The translations under genes and the position numbers were made by a program. From positions 1 through 64,000 of the forward strand of contig JAQGDQ010000213.1 in NCBI GenBank assembly GCA_030141605.1: a DNA stretch of 64,000 nt, given 5' to 3'. Under the pieces are notes generated by a model, which ran no database searches, was not told the origin of the DNA, and saw only the letters and a list, made by a program, of their open reading frames with translations. The stretch's first letter is position 1. Each line of letters starts with the position of its first letter. Below are positions 46,393 to 59,100 of the stretch, one piece after another. Source of the stretch: Tubiluchus corallicola (Eukaryota; Animalia; Priapulida).

Positions 46393-48220
46393 ACGTAATC
46401 CTGAAAACCTTCCTGGTGGTAATCTTCTACTGATCTCACGCTCTGTAATAAAAAATCCATTTTTCCATGCATATCTGTTAACTCTTCCTGATTTCCATAT
46501 GGATTTCCTCTAGAAATTTCTATTTCTGCAGCCATTCTATTTCCACTCATGCTGTTACGCTATGTCATATAATTTTGTCTATTAGTCATCTTATTTCTTT
46601 CATAAGAAGGTATGTATATGCCTTCCACATACAACTTGTTCTCAAAATCTGTAGATTCATGATGGAATTTACATTTTAATCCCCATGTACATGTTCCTGT
46701 CTTTTCATATTGCCAACAAAGTGTAGGACTGTAGTCTTGTTTCTACTGGTGTCTGGTTATCACCGCTTCCAACATTACTAGTTTCACGAACGTATCTGCA
46801 GCTACCCCATTTCTCAAAATTTCAGTATATTTGTTTCCTATCTAACATATTGCTTTGATTAGCAGTACATGGCTGCATTCTTTATGTGATGTTATCACTT
46901 TTGTCTCTTATGGATACTTCTGCCATTCTGTCTACATTCTCTTCTGTATCATTCACAGAAACCAAGAGACGGTTTTTTCCTTACTACTCATTTAAGTGTT
47001 TTGTGGTTTCTCTTAGTTCGACCAATTCCTTAACTTGGTCATTGTCAGGGGGAGAGGACAGCCTTTTTGTGCGAATCACGTATTTCTGTCACTTGTGCTT
47101 CCTTTTCTTTCTTATCTTCCAGCCACTTTCTCTGAATGTCATCCACCTCTAACTATAGCTGGTTATTTTCTTCTTCAAGTGTTTCTTTTTGCCTTTGTTT
47201 GCTTTCTATCTCTCTTCTAAGGGTATTATTATTAGCTACAATTATTTTCATCTCTTCACCCATTTGCTCATTATTTCTACTATGCCATTCGCAACCCTTT
47301 CTTTCGATTCGTAAATCTTGCTTAAGCTGTTTTATTTCAGCCTTCTTTTTCGATTTTTCTTCACTTGCCTTGTCTGTTTCAAGACTGCAAATTGCTAACT
47401 TTTTTGCAAGGTCTGCAATTTCCTTTTCCAGTTTACTTACTTTCTCTTCCAGTTGTATATTATGTTATGTTAATTCTTTAGCCTTCTCTGCTAAACTCTG
47501 TGCCTGATTAGCCATCTTAGTCACTGGCGTTTCTCCTACTATTGCTTTAATTTCTTCCAGTCTTTCTCGTTTTTCGCCTTTGGCCAATTTTTCTAGCGGT
47601 ACCTTCTCAATTGAGCACTTTTTGGACAAGAGACTTTTTGAACAGTGCCTCCAAAACTAGTATGCTATAGGGAGGTAGTCCACTACATTTATAATGAATC
47701 CATGTTTTACACTTCTGTTCCTCACACTGAAAAGCTCCTTCAAACCCACAAATTTCTCTGTATTCTGCACAGTACTCTACTATGTCATCCCTCCCATGTC
47801 CACTCAATTCTCCACTTTGACTCACACTCTTCTCTGTTTTCTTGGAATCATCGTTTGTATCCCTGTACATACTCGCTTCTCCTCTTGATGATTCTTGTTT
47901 ATTAGAAGTTCTTATTGCCAGTACTGCTACTTTAGAATTAACCTCAAGAATATTGCCATTCTTACCAGTACCTAAGTCAGCGCCGCTCATTTCAAATTTA
48001 AAAAACTCATTCAGATAAGGTTTCAATGTGCAAAAAATGCCACAGTGCAAAGGATTTTGGTACTACTTGCACGCACTACTTACTACGTTTTCAAGTTTTA
48101 GTCTAAACTAGCTAAGAAATCAATCTTTGCCCCAGGTAACACTAGAAACCAAGTTTAAATAGAGGCCCGTATTTGTTACTAGCTGATAGCAAATAAACAC
48201 AGTGTGCAAGGTAACTCCAT
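46393..48220 (-). mobile_element. Pseudogenised retrotransposon ORF1-like sequence: PHD finger + coiled coil + CCCH zinc finger
   Basis: ATG at 47990 (MSGADLG). PHD-like 'CAEYREICGFEGAFQCEEQKCKTWIHYKCSGLP' is followed by a frameshifted final CxxC. A K/E-rich coiled coil has an internal stop. A perfect C-x8-C-x5-C-x3-H 'CWQYEKTGTCTWGLKCKFHH' lies at ~46660-46720, and the C-terminus reads 'MDFLLQSV'. No introns. Confidence 0.65.
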
Positions 48221-48229
48221 ACAAGAAAA

Positions 48230-48925
48230 AAAATTTCACCACTCTTCCGCCATTTGTAATTGCATGACCATTATCTCAATCATTTTATCACGTAAATAAT
48301 TCAATGTACTGCAGCAACTGTTTACATAAATGCTTTTTCTACAATATTCAGCACTTTCTAAACCACTTTTCAATGCTAGCACAATTAAAACTGCTACATT
48401 TACGTGAAAAAAGATATTTAATTGGAAGCCGGGATTTAAACGCATAACTTGTCTGACGATCATGATACGTTCCTCGTGCTTTGTGGAGAGATCTTTTAGC
48501 CGACATTGTTTCAATAGCTTAAAATCACGACGAGTAAAATTATGGAATTCGTTGCCAAAAGATACCTTTGAAAGTAGCTTACTTTCTGCTTGCATAAGAT
48601 ACACAAAAATCTTACTAAATGGATATACCTGTACTATATAACTTGTAAGACTAGTAAGCAAGCTAGCTAGTTTTTTTTCTCCTAAGTAATTGATGCTCTT
48701 TTTCATACTTGTTTTTTCCTGAATTTTTTCTACATGATACTCTTTTTTTTCATACTCTCAATTTTTAACTTTACCCATTAATCTTATTCAAATTCCCTTC
48801 TTAATAAGACCCAGTTTGAAACTACTACTGTAGTTATAATACTACCACTACTAATTACTGAATAATCTATTTACACTCATGAAATTCCCCCATGTTTAAA
48901 AAATCATGCTAAATAAATGAAATTG
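48230..48925 (+). mobile_element. 5'-truncated CR1/L2-like LINE 3' end
   Basis: The + frame reads ...RHCFNSLKSRRVKLWNSLPKDTFESS..., followed by a T-rich 3' UTR and AATAAA at ~48912. Confidence 0.55.
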
Positions 48926-49766
48926 TTCTCTTGCTGTTATACATTACCAAAAATATTTTGGAAGTGCTACTATTTTTTCATTTTCTTTACCCAAACCAAA
49001 GCCACTGTAGATATAATTATTTTTTGTATATAGAGTTCATTGTCCCCTTAATTGTTCCTTGCCGAGTCCTCTAATTACTATTGATTTGGTTAACTTGTCT
49101 ACATTAATGGTTATTTACCTTTATCATTTTGTTGCAAGTAATGAATTACTCATCATTCGTTTCGTTTTAGGTTGATTCAATGTTTTGCTTCGTACTTTAC
49201 TATTTTTTGTTTATTATGTTACTTACAAATCTTTTGTTGTCCCCAAAATTGCTTAGATTTATGTTATTTAACTTTATTCTATTATTTTTTGTTTTTAGTT
49301 CTTTTGACAATTAGTACTGTTTTTTATTTGATTTTGTTATCTGCAGCATCACCATTCATTTTAATATACCTATCTATCTATATGAAAGGGCAGGAGACTG
49401 GATGACCTTAAAACTATAGATTCGAGTAATTCAGCACTTCAATCACATACGTTCTTTATCATTGAAAACGATTGAAACAACATGCAATTAGCGCAATTTA
49501 CTGTGATTTCTGTGCACAATTTTAAACAAATTATTAGTGGTTTTACTGCAGAATAAAATCGAGTAATATGCGTGAGCATTGTAGGACTAATTTTTTTCTG
49601 CTAGTTCAGAAACTTGTTTGAAAATATCAATTCGAATTCGATACGTGCCACTTGATGTTATTGGCAGCGTTGAATTGGATGCTACAATAAAACGAAACGA
49701 AATGAATTTAATTTTCCCGTTACTGACGATTACCAATAATTTTCGAAGCTGTCAATCCATATTGTT

Positions 49767-50510
49767 GGGAGTGGAGTAGGACACTAGCCGATGTAGGACA
49801 ATTGACGTACATGGGCTAGCCCAATTAGAACACGTTGTACATAAGCTGTTCAATTCGGACAGTAGAGACTGGTCGCGAATTGAGTCGTTAACCGTACTGG
49901 CAGCATCCGTTGTCATTGCTTATTTAATAATAATAATTGAAAACGTTAATACACATTAAATAATTTATTCTACGTCAGAAAAAATAAAAGAATCTTATTC
50001 TGAGCTGGTAGAACGGCCAATATTAAATTCGGCTTCGACATTAATCTTTCTGAGGTGAAATAAGATCGCCTTTCGAGGAAATGCAACATTTGCTTAATAT
50101 CATTTTTTATTTTGTCTCGCTTCACAGACTGGTGACCAGTTTCACTACCTCTTGGACAAATAATTGTTTCTACTAAGTAAAAGGGATAGCGAGCTATGTG
50201 CCCTATATAGTTTTTCGCTTTAAAGCATCAGATACTTAGTTTAATGTTGGGATGCTACTAGTAGTAGAGCTAACCATTATGATGATATTATTGCAAAAAA
50301 ATACATTTGTAAATTGTCAAGGACTATCCATCATTATTATAAAGTTGCTTTTTTCTAAAAACAAATTAAATTTTAGCTTTGTTTTATTATGTCATAATTC
50401 TCGAATTTCGATAGAAATCGCTAGTGCCCCCCTACTTGGGCTGCCCATGTACGACACTGCTTTTCCGCAACGGAAGTGTCCTACTTCAGCTAGTGGCGTA
50501 CTCGGCGCCC
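49767..50510 (-). mobile_element. ~745-bp TIR element (MITE), copy 2, inverted relative to copy 1
   Basis: TIRs GGGAGTGGAGTAGGACACTAGCCGATGTAGGACA / TGTCCTACTTCAGCTAGTGGCGTACTCGGCGCCC. Internal blocks such as CTTCACAGACTGGTGA and AGAATCTTATTCTGAGCT are reverse complements of copy 1 blocks. Confidence 0.9.
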
Positions 50511-52289
50511 TAACCTACGTTGTCGCGTGTCTTTTGTATATGATGTACACATTAAATAAAGTTTAATCTGGATTATTTATTGTACATTTATATATAAGCG
50601 TTTATCTACAGTTCCCAACAATAGGTTGCCATGGTGCTATGTCCATTGTCCTGCTCAGGTGTGCACAACATCACTATCAAGTCAATTCTAGTTAATAGTG
50701 AACAATGGTTATCTATGGTCCTCTGATCTTAGCTATGGCTTACACTGCAGAGTGACGCTGTGGATTGAGGCAAAAATTGAATGTAATTGGATTGTGATTG
50801 TGTTGTGATAAACCCATTACAAAAACAGTACCCCAGTATTTTCAAGTTTAATGTAATGCAATACTGGGCTGGGGTACATAAAAACTGCATCTCGAAATGT
50901 TATTTTGTGTGAACCTGAGTTCAAATTAGGAAAGCGTTTACAGTTATAGTTGAGTCACCTGATGGGAAATTAGGGTTTAATTACCAGAACCCAACTGTTT
51001 GCTAGAGTTTAACTGAAGTTCCAGCTTTAGTCTTTAGTCCATGTCTAAAGATGCTGAGACTGTCTAGAATATCGCATTTTAATTAAAAATAGATGTGAAA
51101 ACACAGAGAGGTGCATGCTTAAAATGCTTACAGTTATATATAATTGTATAATTATAAATATGTGATTATATATGTATGCTTCCTTCGATGTTTAAAAATT
51201 TAAGACGCACACACAACAGTGCTTGCCCTTTGAGGGGCGTCATAGTGTTCATGCCCCATTGCTGCCCACTATTTTGAATTTAGTAGTGCTTCTTGCTGCG
51301 CCCCACTTGTCAAAATCATACTCGCAACCTGCTATTTATTTTCATAGTTCCCCATCTGGTGAGTAAGCATTCAATGTTTAGCAATAAGTAATATCCTTAA
51401 CTAATAAGGTGAATATGTAAACGAATAAAATAGCTTTAAAAATAAAAAGTAATATGGATTTTGTCTCAAATATTTTCTTTGCGGCATTTTTCCCAGCTTC
51501 TATCGCCAGAACACTGCCGTTATTGATAACAGAATGAGGCGCTGTTTCTTATTGGATAGTCTATAATGTTTTTAGCCATTGGCCTTGCTACTCACATACT
51601 GATCCCATGATACTGATTCAGTTGGGCTTGTTCACTAATCAACACTCCACGGTTTCACAGCAGATGAAAACAATTACATATATGCACCTCGACCTATTAA
51701 GTACTTACAGCCTTACTGGTAGTATAATTATACAGTGCTCCTCTTTGAATTTCTCATTGTCATAACTATAGTATATAACCTGCAGTGTTTGCTGTTAAAC
51801 TGGGCAAACACATAACAATTAATGCCATGGTGATCATGGTTGCATAAGGTCAGTTATCTTGTGATTCAATTGTTAGATCTACAAGAATGAGAGAGACAAA
51901 TTTTGAAAGTGCACAAATAGTTCCCCTCAAAAATTCCAGGAAGCTTTTTGTAGTTCCATGGATGTCTAAAGATAAAAGTAGTGACATAACAGACAAAGTG
52001 TTAGCAATGCGAATTTTTTTATCCTGACTGAGCAATATGAAAAAAAGGAAAAGTTAAAGAAGCAAAAACAGTCTTTTGAGAAGTTGTCCTTATTTTAATA
52101 TTTCAGAAAAATATTAGAAAATTTTGGCAATAAAAGTGCTTGTGTAATTAGCAAAACAATTTAAAGACGCAATCACTTCACCACGCTTTGGTATGAGTTC
52201 TCATTTTGAATGAATGAGAGTGTGAAAGAAAGCAAATAACATCATCCAGTTATCTTCAAGTTCTTTTAACCTAAATGGAAGCCTTTGTA

Positions 52290-52609
52290 ATTCAGCTTCC
52301 TTTTTAAGGGCACTTTTAACAAGCTATCATTCTGAATCAGCAGGAATTTCTTAGTATGGACACGACATTATACGCCTTAGAGACAGCTAAGCGAGCAAGG
52401 ATCAGTCTAGAGTGGCGTCAAAAGCAGATGAAAATATTGAGCAAGGATAATTCTATAGTGGTAACAAAAGAATGTAAAGAACACAGCGTTATTATTTTGC
52501 TTAAGGTTGACAACCTGTTTAAGGGATATAAGCAGTGTTTCACACTAACAAATTCTCTCCAGTTCAGAATGGTAACTTGTTAAAAGTGACCTTAAAAAGG
52601 AAGCTGAAT
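52290..52609. mobile_element. Foldback/MITE with long (~70-bp) terminal inverted repeats
   Basis: ATTCAGCTTCCTTTTTAAGGGCACTTTTAACAAGCTATCATTCTGAA ... TTCAGAATGGTAACTTGTTAAAAGTGACCTTAAAAAGGAAGCTGAAT. No TSD identified. Confidence 0.8.
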
Positions 52610-53126
52610 GTTTAGATGTTTAGATGCATTTAGTTGCGACTGAAAGGAAAGGCGGCCCTATAAACTTCTTAGATTGTTGTATTGTTCATTAAGACCACCT
52701 TCTAATTTTTTGTGTTTTTGATATGTCACACTCACACACTCATTGAGGATCATCTACAACGAATTCATTGAGACTCTTTTCAAGTTAGTAAATGTTAAAT
52801 TGTCGTAAAATTTATAATTTCAAAAGCTTTTCTTGTTTTGGTTAATACTAAAGTGATTATTATGTGCCGGTATTGGCATTTTATATGTGTGTGTGTGCGT
52901 GCGTGCATGCGTGTGTGTATTTCAGACGGGATGAAAATCTCTGTATTATTTTTTTGCCTATGCATTTTCTGATGACGGCTTAAGCTTAAAGGACCATTAA
53001 CCATGTCTATGTTCTTTATGTGGATGTTTGTCCTTCTCTGGTTAACTTTGTATTTGACTTTTCTAGTGATTTTGTATTTGTTTCTAGATGAATATGAATT
53101 CTTAACATTTAGAACACACTTATAGA

Positions 53127-56100
53127 ATGGAGGTTCGCGACCGTCATTATGCACCAGTTAGACATGGTGATCCATTTACCGATTCGGAGTCCGACGAGGA
53201 AACGCATTTCATTAAACACAATGAGAACGTGGAATTACAACAACTATGCAAAAGCACCTCATTGGAGTCTAAAGAAGAAATAACTTGTGGACTTCCAGTA
53301 TCAAAACTTCGCATGGGTTTTTTCCTAACATCGCTCATCTTAGCTGTATCCTTTGTCGTGGTTTTCCTTTTTATTATTCCATGCAGCGATCATGGTCAAT
53401 GTAGAAATTGTATAAAGAAAGAACAAAATTGGACACTAGTCCTAAATGATTTAAAGGTGCACAAGCCTATAAATGTGGCTAGCTTAAAAAATGGCAGTGA
53501 TGTCATTGTAGCCACATATAGTTCAGTTCCAAGTTCATCGATATGTCAAAATCAAGGTATGTTTGGGACATCACTTCTTAAATAGCTAAGTCTTTATATA
53601 TATCTTAATACTTTAAAGACAGAGAAAAGATTGCTAAAATTGACAGCTGAGGTCTTATTTGAGGTTGCGTCCTCATAAATAAAAAGGAAATTTTAATGCC
53701 TGATTTTATTCATAAAAATAGCCTATAGATGTATAATTTTTGAAAATTTTCAGGAGCAGCCGGTCAGTGCTCAGGTGTTCTAGGCATTACACAGCACGAT
53801 GGTTCCATTTCATGGAATATTCACTTAGATGCCATTCCTGATGCCTTAAACTGTGGTGATGCTGACATGAACAAGGACGAAACTAATACTTGTTCACTAA
53901 TGCTCAGTAATGGATTGCTTATGGTTATAGATGCAACAAATGGTGAGTAAAGTTATTAATTAAGGACCTGGAAATCCCATTTATATACATATTTTATATC
54001 ACTGCTTATCTGAAGCGTAATAGTGAGATGCGATTGTATTCTTGCGTACAAGGTTCTGTATCCCAAGTTAGTAAATGACTGATAATCGAACCCCAGGAAA
54101 ACTGCTTTTCAAGTTTCAGTTGCCACTTGCATTCACTAGGCTCATTTAATGTAGATAACTGTGGCTGGAAAGCACTTTGCTCTATCAAAGGTATTCATCC
54201 AAGATGAAAAGCCAATCTAGCAGAGATATTTCTAGTGTTTACCTCTTTAACCTTTAACGAGATTATCTGTCTTGGTTCAAAGGAGTGCACTGAACAAACA
54301 TTTTAGTCCGGAGAATCATTTTCACTGCCTTGCTATTATAAGTATTGTATAAAACATTAAGTATATTGTATTTTGCATCAAAGTGATCATCTGTGAATAT
54401 ATCAGTATGTTAATCTACTATTTGTTTAGCTTAATACCTCACCAGATCTGTACAAAATAAATAGGTAAGAGGTTTAACAAGGTCTTGAATGTTGTGGAAT
54501 TTTTCCAGAAATCCAGGTGATACACACTTTTCTGTGACTACTTCACTTAGTTAGTGCCTATTCTTTATTAAGTAATTTATATTAAAAAATTTCCATTGAT
54601 TAGTTACAACTTTGTTTGAACATTCGGTCTGCATAGATTATTTTTCTTCTTCTTGTGTCCGTCATTCTTGCGTACGCATAGTCTCGTGTTAACACATTTC
54701 TTCCAGATACTAAATCTCTAGTGATGTCTCATCTACTTATATGCAGCATAGCCTGCACTACTTCATCTGATCTTTGACCTGATTTAGCCTGACTTAATGT
54801 AGTTTTATCTCAACTGGTCTTTAGATTAAAAACTGTTGCTATATGATGTAGTACACTGTTTAATTCGTACGACTAGTTACTTACTTTGTTGACATGTTTG
54901 TTGCACTTATCAGTTCAGTTATTACTTTTTGCAGGGAGTATTTTATGGCAAAAAACCATGGATGAGAAGGGATTGCATCATTTGTTTGTTCCTGATGTAA
55001 ACAGTGATGGTGTGACTGACATCTTTTTAGTGGCCTCTGTATCAAACGATTCATATGTAATTATCTTATATATTCCTACGAAATATTAGGCCTACTTGGG
55101 AGGTGACAATGTTCTGAAAGTGGAAGTTTTAAAGCTACAAAAAATTTGTGTAGAAAAACATAGTGGGTAGGAAGCAAGCTAGTATCGATAATTCTGTTTT
55201 TTAGAGAACTCTGTGCCGATCAAAAAAATTTCTGAAGAACAATAACTACATAATCTAATTATATGTTCCCTTAAAAACTATTGTTAAAGATCTGAAATTT
55301 ATCTCTACTAGCTTTATTTCCAACATAAAAACTGTGATATATTTTACTTTTCAGGAACGTACAGTTATTCGTTTACTTTCTGGGATAGACGGATCCTCTT
55401 ACGGAAAGGAATTATTATTGCCGTCAAGTTTGACTGCAGATCCTGTTGTACTCAAATCGTCAAAAGTTGTCTTGTTGACGATTAATTCACATGGTGGTAA
55501 TATAAGTAAACTTGATTTATATATATTGCAGAAGCTTTGTAAATAACGCTTCTTAACTGACTACTACATGCAGAATTTGAGCGTGTCTAGCTTAAACTGG
55601 TAATATCACTTGAACTTTTTTATTTGAACTGCGTTAAAATCTCCAAATTTTGCATTTTATATTTAAAACTTGGTATTATTCATGCATGTTATATGCATAT
55701 ATATTAATGGCAAAAATCTTATTCCAATGCAAAAAGCGAAATAAATTTTTGATGATTTTTTTTATAAGGTATTTTTGTCCACTCGATAATTTCCTTACAC
55801 TTCAACTGCAACCTAGCTGGTGCAAGTAAAATGGGTAGCACGCCTTTTATAATTTGTAAATTACTTACAAGAATTTTATTTTTCTGGGCCTAAATGCATA
55901 GCCTGGCAGTTGGTGGGGTGACTTCCACTTTTCAGGTAAATTTTTCTCAATGTTTTTTTCTTATTGTAATGATCCTCCTTAAAAATACTGAGGGTGGCAC
56001 TTTGTTGAGCAATTTGAGATGCAGGAACAAAAGTGTTGCATTAGAAAAGTGCGTACTATAACATTAATATTCTTGAAAGGACAATCTGAACATGAAAAAA

Positions 56101-59100
56101 CTTTTGAGGAAAAACTTACCATGTAAATGCAAGGTTCAGCCAAAAAATGGCTTTTGGCTGCTGGACTATCATATAAATTGTATTTCTGCCTTTCTGTTGT
56201 ACTCCCTTAACCTTAGTGGGTAGATTGTTTAAACGTGAAATAAACTTACACTTTGCTGTCGAGCTGTTAAACACAAATAAGACAATTATTAATGTATGTG
56301 ACCTGCCATGATTTGTTGGTTCAAATTTATAAAAATCTTCGGAGTGATCAGTATAAAATATGCAATGATCTTAATCTGTATAGTTATTGTCGAACCTTAA
56401 GCAGCAATAAGTCTGCCAAACGTTTATTTTTTGATATTGAGTTTAACTGAATTGACTTTTCCAGGTAGGGTTCTTTGTGTGCCTCTCTGTAAATTTGCAG
56501 AAACAAATATTAGCACAAATTGCTCTTACGCTCTCTATTCGAAGTTTGAAATCTTTGGTGGTTTTCCAGTGTTATTTCGGTAATCATGCAGTCCTTAATT
56601 GCCTATTTTGTTTCATTTTTAATCGTATGCACTATGTAATCTAAACTGTTCATAGAAATTGTATCAGATACTATAATTTTACAACTAAGATCCTATCAGC
56701 TGTCTATAAAATCAGCAGAATAAATTCTGACAATTTTTTATTATTTTTTTTTGTTGTTGCACCCATGACAAGCACTTATTTTTGTCAACTGATTGTAAGC
56801 CATTTTCACATTTTGTTGACTGTAAAAGGTCTGGACAGTTTGCTAATAAAAGTTAGTTGACACACTATTTTTACTGAATGACAGAAGTTGGCCCACAGAA
56901 ATATATAATTTGCAAAAAAGGAAGACAGTATGATATTTCATATACTACCCGATGTTCAAGTACGATAAAAAGTATACATTTTAACATCAACAATACTTCA
57001 AAAGTATTTCTAATAAATGTATAATAGATTAAAATCTTACTTAGCCACGGGCAAGCCCAACTATCACAAACGAACATAATTTTCAATGGCACGAACATTC
57101 AATGAGCGTGTTGCACGTGTTTGCAAAAGCAAAAGTTGAATTGCAGCACTACTGTTAAGAAATTCAGTGTGTTGCACTAAAACTTGGCAAGGTTTACAAA
57201 TTCCAAATTTACCTCTGTAAACACACACGAGCTGTCAAACATGTGCAGTACATCGCAAACTAACACCTCTGAACTGAGAGGTACAGCACCTGTTATTTTG
57301 CACAATGTGTTTCTGAAATTGTTGCTAGTGCCCATCTAATTAGCAAATATAAAAATGAAGAACTAGTGGCACGAACGCAAAGTTACGTTTCTGTGGTAAT
57401 AATTCTTTCATGTGTCATTCTTGAAAAAAATGGCATGTTTCCTTTCAGTATTTAAAGAGTAGGTTGTTTTGACCTACAGTTCAAGATTGCATACAGTTTT
57501 GCTTAGTGTTAAGCATGAAAATATATTTATTGATGTTTAGTTAGCAGTGTTTCACGGTAAAGTTTATTATGGTACGTGCACATTATATTATTAGTAAATT
57601 TTCGGTTTCTATGCTTTACTGATGTTTTCTGAAATTTGGGTTTGCAATTTTTGTATCAGTTTAACATTTTTTTTAAAGTATTGCACTGAGTCTTTTAAAA
57701 CATATGGCATCTAATTTCTTTTTAACGGGCTATGCTGCAAATTTTATTTGCAGCTAGAAAAAAGTGAATCTAAAGGTTTTCTCTAATCATAGTTTACTGA
57801 TGATATCTTGTGAAACATAATGTGATGCTGTGAGACTGTTGTTTGCATGATCACAGCTGTTAAAATCATGATATTTTTATTTGACTATTACAGAACAAAA
57901 AGTTCCACAGTTAATATCTTAAGATCTGGAGGGATAAATGATTTTGATTCAGATGGTGTGGCTGATGTGTTGTTTGTTGAAGGCAGTAACATTGCCTTAC
58001 TGAATGGTAAATCATTTCACATTCAGTGGGTGTCAAATTTTACCCATGTACATTCGTATAGGTATGTTATCCCATTTGTACAATTTTAACAAGAAATGTA
58101 ATTTATTTCCCATAGGTATTTGTCACTTTAAAATTAAACATCACTAGTTTCCAGAAACGTTTATTCAACATGGCACTTTTATAATCTACTCTGAACAGCA
58201 AAATTGAAAGTTAGAAATTATATCATATTCGTAATTCAGATATAATTGGTTGCTTTGTTCTTAGGGTGTTGTTTTTATTCGTGACAAATATTCAGTGGTT
58301 GTTACAAAATTGTTACTGCATTATATTTATGTAGTTATGGCAGTTTATGTAATTCTGAGGATGTAACTTGGTTTTTGTATAGAACTGTTGTCTTGTCACA
58401 TACTATCTAACTAACACATAAAAAGTATGATGGCCCATAGTGCATGATGTAGGTTAACTGAGTCTCATAACTTGTTTTGATCAACAGGATTATTTTTGCT
58501 TTGTTTTTGTGTTTACCGTCATAGTGGTAGTATGTCTGGATTAGTTTTAAACAAGCTGAATTACTTTACTTATATGTCTATAATATATCTTGTATATTAT
58601 TATTTGTGTGATTTTATTGCACATAATTTTCATATGATTATGGAAGTAGTACTTCTAAAAAGTCATGTTGAGTAAATGTTAGTGCCAGCCATTAATAGTT
58701 AATGCCGGCCTTTTTGAAAATTTAAATCGCCATGTTTTTTAGTACATATACAAGTGCATTATATTTGTATAATTTCCACATGTATATTAATTTCTTTAAC
58801 TGATTTTGGTGTCATTTTGGAAAATAATAAATGTTCTTATAGTCTGATATATGCACATGTATAAATATGCACAGTATTTAAACAGTATTTTCTATTTCAG
58901 CATGCCAGCAGTTGGAGTTTTCAGTGAAACTTTAGTCCCATCATTTATAATTAACCAAATGTTTAATCATACTGCTAAGGTAAACTATCATTATGATTGT
59001 GTTATTCAAATACAAAGAACTGTATTTTACTCTGTATTTCACCCGTGCACTTGTGCATAGTCATTCTTTTCTTACACAAATTCATTTGCATTAATAATAG

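Noticed and set aside
48236-48706. 156-aa minus-strand ORF
   Set aside because: The opposite strand carries the LINE 'KLWNSLP' signature; this ORF has no recognisable features.
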